52,520 nucleotides of DNA from a virus (Duplodnaviria > Caudoviricetes), in IMG/VR virus record IMGVR_UViG_3300008116_000069, positions 1 to 52,520 of that record; one strand, 5' to 3'. How positions within the stretch are numbered: position 1 is the first letter of the stretch; each line of letters opens with the position of its first letter. The translations under genes were made by a program, and so were the position numbers. Below are positions 10,201-18,614 of the stretch, in pieces. The notes beneath the pieces are model-generated. The model was not told where the DNA came from and did not search any database. It was given only the letters and a program-made list of their open reading frames with translations.

Positions 10201-11800
10201 GACAGAAACAGAAGTAAACTCTTTTACACAAACAAGAACTGGAACTATTCAGTCTTCTGCACTTGTTATGAATGGTCCTGCATTTACAACTACGGAAACA
10301 CCTATTGACTTTATTTCTTACGTATACAAGCCTTTGGATAATGCATACAGACACTTTGGTACAAGAATGCGTATTATTGGAAAGATTGAGAATAATCAAA
10401 CAAGAGGTCAGACCCCAACAGGAAGTTCCTCATATTATCAGGTAACTGGATCTCTTACCGATCAAAGCGTTAGCATTGGTGGTGGCTCTGGAGGTCTTGG
10501 AGTAATGCTAAATCCAGACACGAACAATGGATATTACTTTGAAATAGTTGCACTAACAGAAAGCAACGTAGAGTCTTACTTAACAACAACAGCAGATGGA
10601 ACCGAAGATGTTGTTATTCATAATGTGTTGTTCTATAAAATTAAAAAAGATAGTTCAAACACAGATGCAATCCCCGTAAAACTTTGGGGTGGGCTTTCAA
10701 AGATTACAGTAGACGATGGAAGTTTTACAGGTCAATACAGAATGACCACACAAGATACGCCAACAGTGTTTGACCTTTCTGTTGAGTACAAAGACCTTGG
10801 AAAGATTAGAAGGTTCTACCTTTACATTAATAACAATCTTGTTAAGGTAGTTGACGACAATGATCCACTTCCTATTTATAACAATATGGCTCTATTTACT
10901 CGTGGATCATCACGAGTTATGTTTGAAAATATTTATGCTCTTTCAGAGAACTACTCCCAGAATACTGTTGCAACTGCGGTAGATACAATTGCCCAGACAT
11001 TTGGAGATGAGTCTGTAGACATTAATGAGTCATTTAGAAAGTATGCAATGAGTGGGGTTATTCAGTCAACGTATCTTACTGGAGTAAGCGCTCAACAACC
11101 TCCAAAATACAATATGTATTTTGATGAGTTTGGAACAATTATGAGAGAGTGTGCATATTTTGATATTAAATATGACCGTGCATACCCAGCACTTTATGCT
11201 CAACTATCTCCAACCTTTAACCGAATTAAGGGCTATACAACTTCTGGTTTCTATGCAGATTCTTATGGTGCTGAGTTTATGGTATTTAATGCTACAGACA
11301 AAGCCTTAGTCTTAGATGATACAAGCGGAAACTATTTAAGAATCCAGGGAATAACATTTACACAAGACACAACACATGAACTAACTGTAGATGAATACTT
11401 TAATAAAAGATCTAGTCAGTCTGACCCAGAACTACAGGGAACAACTGTTTTAACATCTCCATATGTAGAGTTAGAAAAATATAACAAGATAAAGCAGAGT
11501 AGAATGATTTACGGAAACAATGAGTTTTCTATTGAGGCCCCATACATTCAGACTCAAGACTCTGCAAATAGCCTTATGGGTTGGATCATTGATAAGTTAA
11601 TGATACCAAAAAGATCTGTTGGTGTAAACATATTCAGTATACCAACACTTCAACTAGGAGATATTGTTACAATTAATTATAAAGATAGTAATAATGTTGA
11701 CGTAATAACTTCATCTACAACTAGGTTTGTAGTATATAATATTGATTATTCAAGAAGTTTAGACGGACCAAGCATGACCGTTTATTTGAGTGAGGTGTAA
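7277..11800 (+). CDS. Large minor tail (tail tip/hub) protein
   Basis: 1507 aa, beta-rich; C-terminal 'PTLQLGDIVTINY' hub-like motif; position after Dit-like gene. Confidence 0.65.
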   Translation: MFVSSELKTHLESSSTIQLQSLVLAEWNMNMPDNVQKLGNYRYRPTGTDNKFKTIATTFDAADAAGLYTGATDADIAIDGGFTNSGIPQFFTSTKDKMKMIYSLEDCIKPFRPRSGINKLMYFSGNYIHNSNELMSQRPRYYMPSRYDEFKYWTSYRTETAVEDGVTKTIERGIAKNKVGTLNYIDDTAPFVVYKENVPANRIIIKMQTNIGNVNLGPFTTSAGSIQDPLFRTDYKTTPVNWKIQYLKDSAWVDAQSFNASSVRDDGTAIVGSDGYVELQYGLILPKEYKTKFNYQGTLPAVSQLPSTAFDGYAYLVIPTTGSRGTFHIWDEASEEYKTFTPQYGWRVAEETVNNESSFIEDLTSPTYFNNETDGQKVYREFQNIRGIRIVVDTMNKFDSRFDLIEMSPRLVVDISDKVIDFKIKKSLADLGSTSLPVGQLLASTGDISLFDDDQAFNPNNTNSIISKYVRKNIKFNFYEKIVNVGGYDYYVPMKTLYSEGFPQVERNSGSLSLTLRDMYFLLESMPAPRMLVTEASLSYAITLLLDYIGFSNYTFLRVAGEKDPIIPYFFIAPDQNVAEVLNQLAVSTQTAMFFDEYNNFVVMSKDYMMPSLTQRESNFVLSGSNNQTDTGVTENATSGNLPNIISIASEDKKIFNSGKINYTTRYIQRSYGSIRQASLVDQEKTWIYKPALLWEVSGTENTKTINEVASTQGSYVLGAMPIASDVPSAVPTVVNNLMTNNIIDLGENVYWLTRYTGYLYASGEIIKYDAAEFSVTLGLWYDIKADGTIDETKQYFVEPGNFAPASVISTIEAQVKSKAITQAQADKTIEQWKATHRQGSSNVWVSSNEEYQKYFSVLPFNGKIYPTGRIRIYSVPYYETTGGVTKMKNGAVVEHGRGQFGTKVTSHSAGISSYWSNNDNVRGCTMKARDYLFTTNTNPTLPTTVAGIAGVDNARAKQTTRNSIIRNFMSLSGKTETEVNSFTQTRTGTIQSSALVMNGPAFTTTETPIDFISYVYKPLDNAYRHFGTRMRIIGKIENNQTRGQTPTGSSSYYQVTGSLTDQSVSIGGGSGGLGVMLNPDTNNGYYFEIVALTESNVESYLTTTADGTEDVVIHNVLFYKIKKDSSNTDAIPVKLWGGLSKITVDDGSFTGQYRMTTQDTPTVFDLSVEYKDLGKIRRFYLYINNNLVKVVDDNDPLPIYNNMALFTRGSSRVMFENIYALSENYSQNTVATAVDTIAQTFGDESVDINESFRKYAMSGVIQSTYLTGVSAQQPPKYNMYFDEFGTIMRECAYFDIKYDRAYPALYAQLSPTFNRIKGYTTSGFYADSYGAEFMVFNATDKALVLDDTSGNYLRIQGITFTQDTTHELTVDEYFNKRSSQSDPELQGTTVLTSPYVELEKYNKIKQSRMIYGNNEFSIEAPYIQTQDSANSLMGWIIDKLMIPKRSVGVNIFSIPTLQLGDIVTINYKDSNNVDVITSSTTRFVVYNIDYSRSLDGPSMTVYLSEV

Positions 11801-11801
11801 T

Positions 11802-12479
11802 ATGGCAAATAGTATTGGAGTTATGACGGGTTCAGATGGAAACTTATATGAACTTTTTTCTGACGGATCAAGAGTTTTAAAAGAAACAGGCTATCAAAAA
11901 AGAATTGATGCTATGGTTGCAACCCTTAACTCAACAACTAATAAACCTGGCCCAAGTCCAACTAATGTTACAACTACATCAACCGCTCCAGCAGTTAGTC
12001 CTACACCTGCTGCCGTTACATCTACACCAACAGCCTCTTCAGCAAGCACGACTCAAGTAAAGAGTGCTACAAAAGATATTATTATTTTTGATGATGAGGC
12101 TATCCCCGTTGCACTTATGGCAGACCTAATATTTGAAGATATCGGTGGTCAAGAATTAATTAATATTGCAAGGCGTGATACTGTAAATGGACAAAAAATC
12201 AGTTATCAGCCAATTAAAAATCTTTCATCTATAGAGCAACAATATAACCCTAACAATATAGTTAGTCTTCAGTCAACCTCAGATAAATATTTTGCTAATT
12301 TTCCAATCAAACTTGATGACAAGATACCTGAAACTGGAGGGGGTACTGGAGGAGACTATGTTTATATAGATACAGTCACAGGTAACCTAGTAGTAGAAGC
12401 AGTTAATCTTGAATCAGATGAACAGATAGAAATTCAAATAGCCAGAAGTGGTACAATATATGAGACAGATTTTAACTAG
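11802..12479 (+). CDS. Putative virion protein with Thr/Pro/Ser-rich linker
   Basis: GAGG RBS before ATG 11802; in tail operon. Confidence 0.5.
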   Translation: MANSIGVMTGSDGNLYELFSDGSRVLKETGYQKRIDAMVATLNSTTNKPGPSPTNVTTTSTAPAVSPTPAAVTSTPTASSASTTQVKSATKDIIIFDDEAIPVALMADLIFEDIGGQELINIARRDTVNGQKISYQPIKNLSSIEQQYNPNNIVSLQSTSDKYFANFPIKLDDKIPETGGGTGGDYVYIDTVTGNLVVEAVNLESDEQIEIQIARSGTIYETDFN

Positions 12480-12487
12480 GGAGCATC

Positions 12488-13612
12488 TTGATAACTAATA
12501 CTGGAAAGTCTATTCTGGGTAAATACCTGCTAGGTCAGGCTCCAGCCTATGCCTCATTTATTGCTATTGGATGTGGGGCTAAACCCCTAGACACCACAGA
12601 TACTCTTGGTGACTATTCTAATAAAAAGAACCTTGACTTTGAAATGCTTCGTGTTCCAATATCTTCTAGAGGGTTTGTTAGTGAGGGCGGTTTGGACAAG
12701 ATCGTATTTACTGCAGAACTACCAGCAGAAGAAAGATATGAGATAACAGAGGTTGGTATTTTTTCTGCAAAGTCAAATCCATCAGCAGGGGCTTATGATA
12801 GCAAGACTGTGTTTTCTTTTACAAATACTGAAAACTGGAACTACCATACCTCAGCATCTTCAACAGCCATAACATCAATTGCTACTGCATTAGATGAAAG
12901 TGATGATAATGTTATTTCAACAGCCTTAAAGGTTTTTCAAACAAATGCAGATAACTCTATATTTTATAAAACATCCAGAGCAGCCAGATATGAAAGATGT
13001 AGATTTTTAAATAACGTAATTCTTATGCGTGGAGATGATGCAACCTTGACGGTATCTGGAGGACACTTTGTTATTGGTGCAGGATCTAACCATATCCATT
13101 ACACTAGACCAAGCGCAAACTTTTCTCAAAACTCTCCAACAGACGAACTACGTTTAGCATTTTCTGTAATTAATAAAGACGGAGACTCAGCACTTGCTCC
13201 AGATACTGTTAGAGTACTTGTTGACTTTTCTTCAACTGATGCTGGCACTGGAGAGTATGCAAGGTTTGAAGCAGAAATAGTAAATGGGACTGGTACTGGT
13301 CAATACGATTTAGATGAAAATAGATATGTAGTTATTTCAAAACAACTTCAAGAACTATACACAAGTGCTAACTTTACTTGGAATGCTGTTACGGTTGCAA
13401 AAATATATGTAAGCGCTATTGATGGTGGTGCTGTATCTGATGATTACTATATTGCTCTTGACTCAATGAGACTAGAAAACATCGGAACTGTAAACCCTTT
13501 GTATGGATTAACTGGATACTCTGTTATTCAAAACCCAGATTCTGAATCAATTATTAAAGCACCAAACACAAGCAACTATGTAGAATTTAGATTTTCTATT
13601 GGTGTAACGTAA
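12488..13612 (+). CDS. Putative tail/baseplate protein
   Basis: N-terminus 'MITNTGK...IAIGCG...ITEVGIF' resembles tail-collar/fibre N-terminal domains. Confidence 0.55.
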   Translation: MITNTGKSILGKYLLGQAPAYASFIAIGCGAKPLDTTDTLGDYSNKKNLDFEMLRVPISSRGFVSEGGLDKIVFTAELPAEERYEITEVGIFSAKSNPSAGAYDSKTVFSFTNTENWNYHTSASSTAITSIATALDESDDNVISTALKVFQTNADNSIFYKTSRAARYERCRFLNNVILMRGDDATLTVSGGHFVIGAGSNHIHYTRPSANFSQNSPTDELRLAFSVINKDGDSALAPDTVRVLVDFSSTDAGTGEYARFEAEIVNGTGTGQYDLDENRYVVISKQLQELYTSANFTWNAVTVAKIYVSAIDGGAVSDDYYIALDSMRLENIGTVNPLYGLTGYSVIQNPDSESIIKAPNTSNYVEFRFSIGVT

Positions 13613-14112
13613 TGGCTGAGATTATAAAAAAGGCAAAGATACTAAAAGAAAGTTTGCCACCAGTAAGTAGTGTTACTGGAGATTACAGCGTAAGATATAG
13701 AATTATATCTGAAGACAAGAACAGAACATCTTCTTGGTCTTCTGTTTATAGTGTTGATCCAAACTATACCTATGTCCCTGGGAAAATAAACGTATCATCT
13801 TCTTCTGGAGTTGTTCGTGTAGCCTGGGATTCTGTAACAATTAAGATTGGGACAAACACTATTCGTCAAGCAAAAGATTATGATATTTTTATTAAGTGGA
13901 GTAAATCTGATGGTATTGGTGACTGGAAGTATGTAGAAAGAATTACAACTAATAGTACTAGTTTTGTTGTACCAGATACATTTTTTGTAAATGGTGTTGA
14001 TCAATCTTTTACTCCAAACAGGATTACAGTTGAGGTATACTTAGTAGGTGAACCAGTAACTAGGGACTATACAGCACTACGTGTTTATAACCCAGCAATG
14101 CATACGATCTAA
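13612..14112 (+). CDS. Putative minor tail protein (Fn3-like)
   Basis: 'YSVRYRI...SSWS', 'VAWD' beta-sandwich pattern; coupled to upstream gene. Confidence 0.45.
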   Translation: MAEIIKKAKILKESLPPVSSVTGDYSVRYRIISEDKNRTSSWSSVYSVDPNYTYVPGKINVSSSSGVVRVAWDSVTIKIGTNTIRQAKDYDIFIKWSKSDGIGDWKYVERITTNSTSFVVPDTFFVNGVDQSFTPNRITVEVYLVGEPVTRDYTALRVYNPAMHTI

Positions 14113-14121
14113 TGATATAAT
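14113..14121 (+). promoter_or_regulatory. Extended -10 promoter TGATATAAT
   Basis: TGn + TATAAT in the intergenic gap, followed by GGAG RBS. Confidence 0.55.
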
Positions 14122-14130
14122 GGAGAGATA

Positions 14131-14571
14131 ATGGCAAAAGTACCACTACCCGAAAGAGGGCAACCGATAGATGTTACATACATCTACGAACTAACTAAGG
14201 CAGTTAATGATTTATCTGCACAGGTTTCTTCTGCAACCTACAAAACTACTACAGTGGATGCTGGAACAGCAGGACCACAAAGCGTAAAAACATCAGAGGC
14301 AAAGTTTATTGGTGGGTATGTAGAGGTAGCAAACAACAAAACAGTTACCGCTTCTTCAGAAGTTCCATTTTCTTTTCCATATAGCGACTTTAAGTATGCT
14401 CCAGTGGTTACAGCAACACCAATTAATAAAGGCGGAACCCCAGCAGGACAGAACGTTACAGTAACTCTAACAAGCGTTACAACGACTAAGGTAGATGGAA
14501 TTGTAAGATTTAATGCTGCTGGCGATCTTACTGTTGGTGTTAACCTTATTGTTATTGGCGTACCAAACTAA
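14131..14571 (+). CDS. Putative tail fibre-related protein
   Basis: C-terminal 'F...F.YAPVVTAT...VNLIVIG' resembles H-type-lectin/gp53-like fibre ends. Confidence 0.45.
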   Translation: MAKVPLPERGQPIDVTYIYELTKAVNDLSAQVSSATYKTTTVDAGTAGPQSVKTSEAKFIGGYVEVANNKTVTASSEVPFSFPYSDFKYAPVVTATPINKGGTPAGQNVTVTLTSVTTTKVDGIVRFNAAGDLTVGVNLIVIGVPN

Positions 14572-14587
14572 CATTAAGGATGTTGAA

Positions 14588-14779
14588 TTGATTTCTTGCC
14601 GAAAGTGCAAAGGTAGAATGTTCGTTGACAGACAATATTCTAGCATTGACCATGTTGAGATTTATTGTGTTCGTTGTGGATCAAGAAGATTTTTTCATCC
14701 ACCAAGTGAAAGCAGGGAAGGCGCATGGATACTTCTAAACGAAAAATCCAGAGCGAAGCATACAATAACGAGCCTGTAA
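14588..14779 (+). CDS. Small zinc-ribbon protein
   Basis: CRKC...CVRC; AAGGA RBS before TTG 14588. Confidence 0.55.
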   Translation: MISCRKCKGRMFVDRQYSSIDHVEIYCVRCGSRRFFHPPSESREGAWILLNEKSRAKHTITSL

Positions 14780-15267
14780 TAAAGGGCAAGGTTAAGGTAT
14801 GGTTTTTAAATGGGGACTTGGTAAAGGTTCATCACTCTTCTAGATCTACTGGATTAGTAACTTTGTACAATGTTACAAAAGATAGATTAGAATCTTGCTT
14901 GCTTATTGATTTTAAGAAACATAGAGAAAGAGCCTACAGTGTAGCAGAGACTGCTGTACTTGTCAATAGGCATAGGAAGTATATTCCAAGTTTAATTAAA
15001 CGAGGAATTATTCCACCACCAATAGGTGCTAGTTTAAATGGAGAAAGATCTTGGCAGGTTAGAGCGTACTATTCTGAATCGCATGTTAAAGAGATACGTG
15101 CTATACTTGCAAGTATACATATTGGACAACCAAGAAAAGACAAGTTAATAACAAATAACATGACTCCTACTAGTCAAGAATTGACACGGCGAATGGGAGA
15201 CGGTATACTTACATATACGAAGACAGAAGATGGACGATTTATTCCAGTGTGGAGTGAGTCCATTTAA
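14725..15267 (+). CDS. HTH (MerR/excisionase-like) DNA-binding protein
   Basis: 'AYSVAETAVLVNRHRKYIPSLIKRGIIPPP...RAYYSESHV' pattern. Confidence 0.55.
   Translation: MDTSKRKIQSEAYNNEPVIKGKVKVWFLNGDLVKVHHSSRSTGLVTLYNVTKDRLESCLLIDFKKHRERAYSVAETAVLVNRHRKYIPSLIKRGIIPPPIGASLNGERSWQVRAYYSESHVKEIRAILASIHIGQPRKDKLITNNMTPTSQELTRRMGDGILTYTKTEDGRFIPVWSESI
15181..15209 (+). promoter_or_regulatory. Sigma70-type promoter TTGACA-17-TATACT upstream of replication genes
   Basis: Near-consensus hexamers with 17-nt spacing, inside the 3' end of the HTH gene. Confidence 0.65.
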
Positions 15268-15284
15268 AACGAAATGGGTGGATA

Positions 15285-15494
15285 ATGGAAAACGAACCAA
15301 CAAAAGTAAATGTAACACTTGGCTATACTCTTAATCTGGGTAACTTCCAGTCACTAAGACTTGACCTAGGCGTTGTAGATAGTGCACGTAATGGAGAGAC
15401 AGCAGACCAGGCTTTTGAGCGTGTCTACAAGTTCGTAGAGGACAAGTTAACAGATAAGATCCGTGAAGCACAAGAAGAGGCTTCTGAAGGATAA
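15285..15494 (+). CDS. Hypothetical protein
   Basis: GGTGGA RBS; 'LGYTLNLGNFQSLRLD' motif seen in phage replication regions. Confidence 0.6.
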   Translation: MENEPTKVNVTLGYTLNLGNFQSLRLDLGVVDSARNGETADQAFERVYKFVEDKLTDKIREAQEEASEG

Positions 15495-15802
15495 TGGCTG
15501 ACCGCAAAGACCGAATGGCTTTGCTCAGTAGATTTAACAAGTTTTACCTGCAAAGGTATGAGCAAAAGTCTAACATGAATCTTAACGTAGAGCAGTGGGC
15601 TGCAGATGCACTCATTGAGTCATACGGCATTAGTGATTGCTATGATATTCTAGAGTATTACTTTTCTATTGCACAAGAGCCTAGTTGGAATTACTTTGCA
15701 TATAATACAGAAAAAATTATTAATGGTAAAAGAGAAGTAGAGCAGGATAGAATAGAGAGAGCAGAGCGCAGACGAATGGCTAAGGAGTGGTTAAGTGAAT
15801 AA
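15494..15802 (+). CDS. Hypothetical protein (possible helicase loader)
   Basis: Coupled directly upstream of dnaB; function inferred from position only. Confidence 0.5.
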   Translation: MADRKDRMALLSRFNKFYLQRYEQKSNMNLNVEQWAADALIESYGISDCYDILEYYFSIAQEPSWNYFAYNTEKIINGKREVEQDRIERAERRRMAKEWLSE

Positions 15803-17018
15803 CACAGAGGCAAAGGTAATTAGCGCAGTACTAGAAGATAAACAAATACACGTACTGCTTCAGGCCAATGTTGAAACTATGCTACGTACGCACAATGATA
15901 TCTGGAACTTTATTCGTTTGTATTCTGAGAACAATCAGGCACTTCCTCCAGCAGACTTAGTTAGAGAAAAGTTTCGTGACTTTGAGCCAGTCAATGGTGT
16001 CGGATCAACCAAGCATCATTTGGCAGAACTTCAGACAGAGTATCTTAACGATAGCCTAAAAGATATTCTTCGTAGTGCTGCTGGAGATGTACAAACTGGT
16101 AACGGTACAGAAGCACTTGAACACCTTATTACTAAAACCTCAGAACTAAAAAAGAACACTGCTGCTATTCGTGACATTGATGCAACTGATCTTGAAGATG
16201 CTGTTGCGTATTACGAAAGAGTGCAGAAGCAAAACGAACTTGGTGCTGTAGGAATCAAAACAGGCTTGCCAGGGTTTGACAACTACCTGCCTGCTGGAAT
16301 TATGCCAGGTCAACTTGGAGTGTTCCTTGCTTATCCAGGCATTGGTAAATCTTGGATGGCACTTTACTTTGCAGTGCAGGCTTGGAAGCAAGGTAAGTCT
16401 CCAATGATCATCTCACTTGAAATGTCTGAGACAGAAGTTCGTAACCGTGTATTTGCAATTATGGGAGAAGGCCTTTGGTCTCATCGCAAGTTGTCAAATG
16501 GTGAGGTTGAAATTGATATGCTTCGCAAGTGGCACGCAAACAAGGTAGAGGGTCGCCCAGAGTTCCATATCATTTCAAATGACTCTGGTGGAGAAGTTAC
16601 TCCTTCGGTAATTCGTGGAAAGATTGATCAGTATAAGCCAGACTTTGTTGTAGTAGATTATCTACAACTTATGAGTCCAAATCAAAAGGCTGATAATGAA
16701 ACGGTAAAGATGAAGAACCTCTCACGAGAACTTAAACTAATGTCTATTAGTGAAGAAGTACCTATCATTGCTATCTCATCTGCAACACCTGACGATGTAA
16801 AGGATCTTAGTACCCCTCCAACACTTGGACAAACAGCGTGGTCAAGACAGATTTCTTATGATGCTGACTGGCTTCTTGCATTGGGTCGTGGAACAAACAG
16901 TGATATTATTGAATGTGTATTTAGAAAAAACCGTAATGGATTTATGGGTGACTTCTTAGTACAGGTAGACTTTGATAAGGGCTACTACAGATATAAGGAT
17001 TTTGAAGATGGTAAGTAA
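15795..17018 (+). CDS. dnaB: Replicative DNA helicase
   Basis: Walker A AYPGIGKS, SLEMS, VVVDYLQLM, YDAD, KNRNG motifs. Confidence 0.93.
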   Translation: MNNTEAKVISAVLEDKQIHVLLQANVETMLRTHNDIWNFIRLYSENNQALPPADLVREKFRDFEPVNGVGSTKHHLAELQTEYLNDSLKDILRSAAGDVQTGNGTEALEHLITKTSELKKNTAAIRDIDATDLEDAVAYYERVQKQNELGAVGIKTGLPGFDNYLPAGIMPGQLGVFLAYPGIGKSWMALYFAVQAWKQGKSPMIISLEMSETEVRNRVFAIMGEGLWSHRKLSNGEVEIDMLRKWHANKVEGRPEFHIISNDSGGEVTPSVIRGKIDQYKPDFVVVDYLQLMSPNQKADNETVKMKNLSRELKLMSISEEVPIIAISSATPDDVKDLSTPPTLGQTAWSRQISYDADWLLALGRGTNSDIIECVFRKNRNGFMGDFLVQVDFDKGYYRYKDFEDGK

Positions 17019-17931
17019 TATCTATAGCGAAGAGCAAATTCGCAGAGTTCTTAATGGCTCTGGTATGGAAATTGAAGCAGAGTTTGGTAATGACTTTATT
17101 GTATATTGTCCATACCACAATAACAGCAGAACTCCAGCAGGAGAAGTAGCAAAGGATAGTGGTTTATTCTTTTGCTTTGGATGCCAGACAACTAAAAACC
17201 TTGAAGAGTTTATTATGTTTACAACTGGGCGTTCCTATTTTGAAACTGTTCGCTATATTAAAAGTAAAGAAACAGAAACAAACATAGAGAACATAGTTAA
17301 CAAGGCTATGTATGCACCACCAGACTTTGTTCAGTATGATGAAGTTCTTATTAAGCGTTTAAATAATCAAGCACTTGAGTCTCCAAGAGCAATGAGATAT
17401 TACTCTGGAAGATCAATTACAGAAGATTCTGTTAAAAAGTTTTGGTTAGGTTATTCAGAGAAGCAGGATATGGTTACTATTCCTGTACATTCTCCAGATG
17501 GATTAACGATTGGCTTTGTTGGTCGTTCTGTTGAGGGCAAAGAGTTTAAGAATACCCCTGGTCTTCCAAAGAGCAAGGTCTTATTTAACTTGCACAGAGT
17601 TAAGACTTCTAGTATTATATATGTAGTGGAATCATCTTTTGATGCCATTCGTTTAGACCAAGTAGGTTTCCCAGCAGTTGCAACACTGGGTGCTAACGTA
17701 TCTGCCTCACAGATAAAATTGTTAGAAAAGTACTTCAACAATGTCGTACTTGTTGCAGACAATGACGACGCTGGTGCAATTATGAAAGACAAGTTAATTG
17801 AAAAACTTGGCTCTCTCGTCAGCGTAGTTACCATAGATAAAAAATACAAAGACATTGGCGATATGGATGACAGTGCAATCAGGGACATAGAGTTCCAGTT
17901 TGACAAATCTATCTCGTCTATGCTAAACTAA
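17008..17931 (+). CDS. dnaG: DNA primase (CHC2 zinc finger + TOPRIM)
   Basis: CPYH...CFGC zinc finger; VVESSFDA, ATLG, DNDDAG, KDIGD TOPRIM motifs. Confidence 0.88.
   Translation: MVSNIYSEEQIRRVLNGSGMEIEAEFGNDFIVYCPYHNNSRTPAGEVAKDSGLFFCFGCQTTKNLEEFIMFTTGRSYFETVRYIKSKETETNIENIVNKAMYAPPDFVQYDEVLIKRLNNQALESPRAMRYYSGRSITEDSVKKFWLGYSEKQDMVTIPVHSPDGLTIGFVGRSVEGKEFKNTPGLPKSKVLFNLHRVKTSSIIYVVESSFDAIRLDQVGFPAVATLGANVSASQIKLLEKYFNNVVLVADNDDAGAIMKDKLIEKLGSLVSVVTIDKKYKDIGDMDDSAIRDIEFQFDKSISSMLN
17900..17929 (+). promoter_or_regulatory. Promoter TTGACA-18-(TGC)TAAACT for ssb/dnaE
   Basis: -35 consensus plus extended -10 just before the ssb RBS. Confidence 0.55.
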
Positions 17932-17954
17932 TATAACAACACGAAGGAGAAAAT

Positions 17955-18611
17955 ATGAGCGTAGTAAAGGGACTCAAGAACATTAATGCCCTGCTTGACA
18001 AGCCAAAGTATGACGAAAACTCACCAAAGGTAAAGTGGCTAAAACTTGCCGATGGTCAATCAGTAAAGATTCGCTTTATTGAAGAACTAGATGAAGACTC
18101 AGCAAATTATAATGAAGGCCGTGGTCTTGCACTAGTTGTTAAGGAACACACAAATCCAAAGGATTATAAGCGCAAGGCTGTAGATACAATGGAATCTGAA
18201 GGCCGTGACTGGGCAGAAGAAATGCACCGCAAAGATCCAAAGGCTGGATGGCGTGGTCGTCTTCGCTTCTACTGCAATGTCCTAGTAGACGATGGAATTG
18301 AAAAGCCATATGTTGCTATTTGGTCAATGGGTGTAAGCAAGCAATCTGCTTTCAATACCATTCGTGAGTATGCTCTTGAAACAGGAAGCATCTCAAACTT
18401 GGTATGGAAGGTAAAGCGCAATGGTCAGGGAACTGAAACATCGTACACACTTATTCCATCTGCACCAGACAAGGAACCTTTTGACTGGGCAGAGATTGAA
18501 CCATTTCCGTTGGAATCAGCACTTAAGAAGATTCCTTATGCGGAACAAGAAGCATTCTATTTGGGCTTTGATGGTCCAACAACCACGTCTGCAACAAACA
18601 CAGACTGGTAA
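17955..18611 (+). CDS. Single-stranded DNA-binding protein (gp32-like)
   Basis: 'WLKLADGQSVKIRF', 'KVKRNGQGTETSY', acidic tail ending DW; between primase and polymerase. Confidence 0.7.
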   Translation: MSVVKGLKNINALLDKPKYDENSPKVKWLKLADGQSVKIRFIEELDEDSANYNEGRGLALVVKEHTNPKDYKRKAVDTMESEGRDWAEEMHRKDPKAGWRGRLRFYCNVLVDDGIEKPYVAIWSMGVSKQSAFNTIREYALETGSISNLVWKVKRNGQGTETSYTLIPSAPDKEPFDWAEIEPFPLESALKKIPYAEQEAFYLGFDGPTTTSATNTDW

Positions 18612-18614
18612 TAG

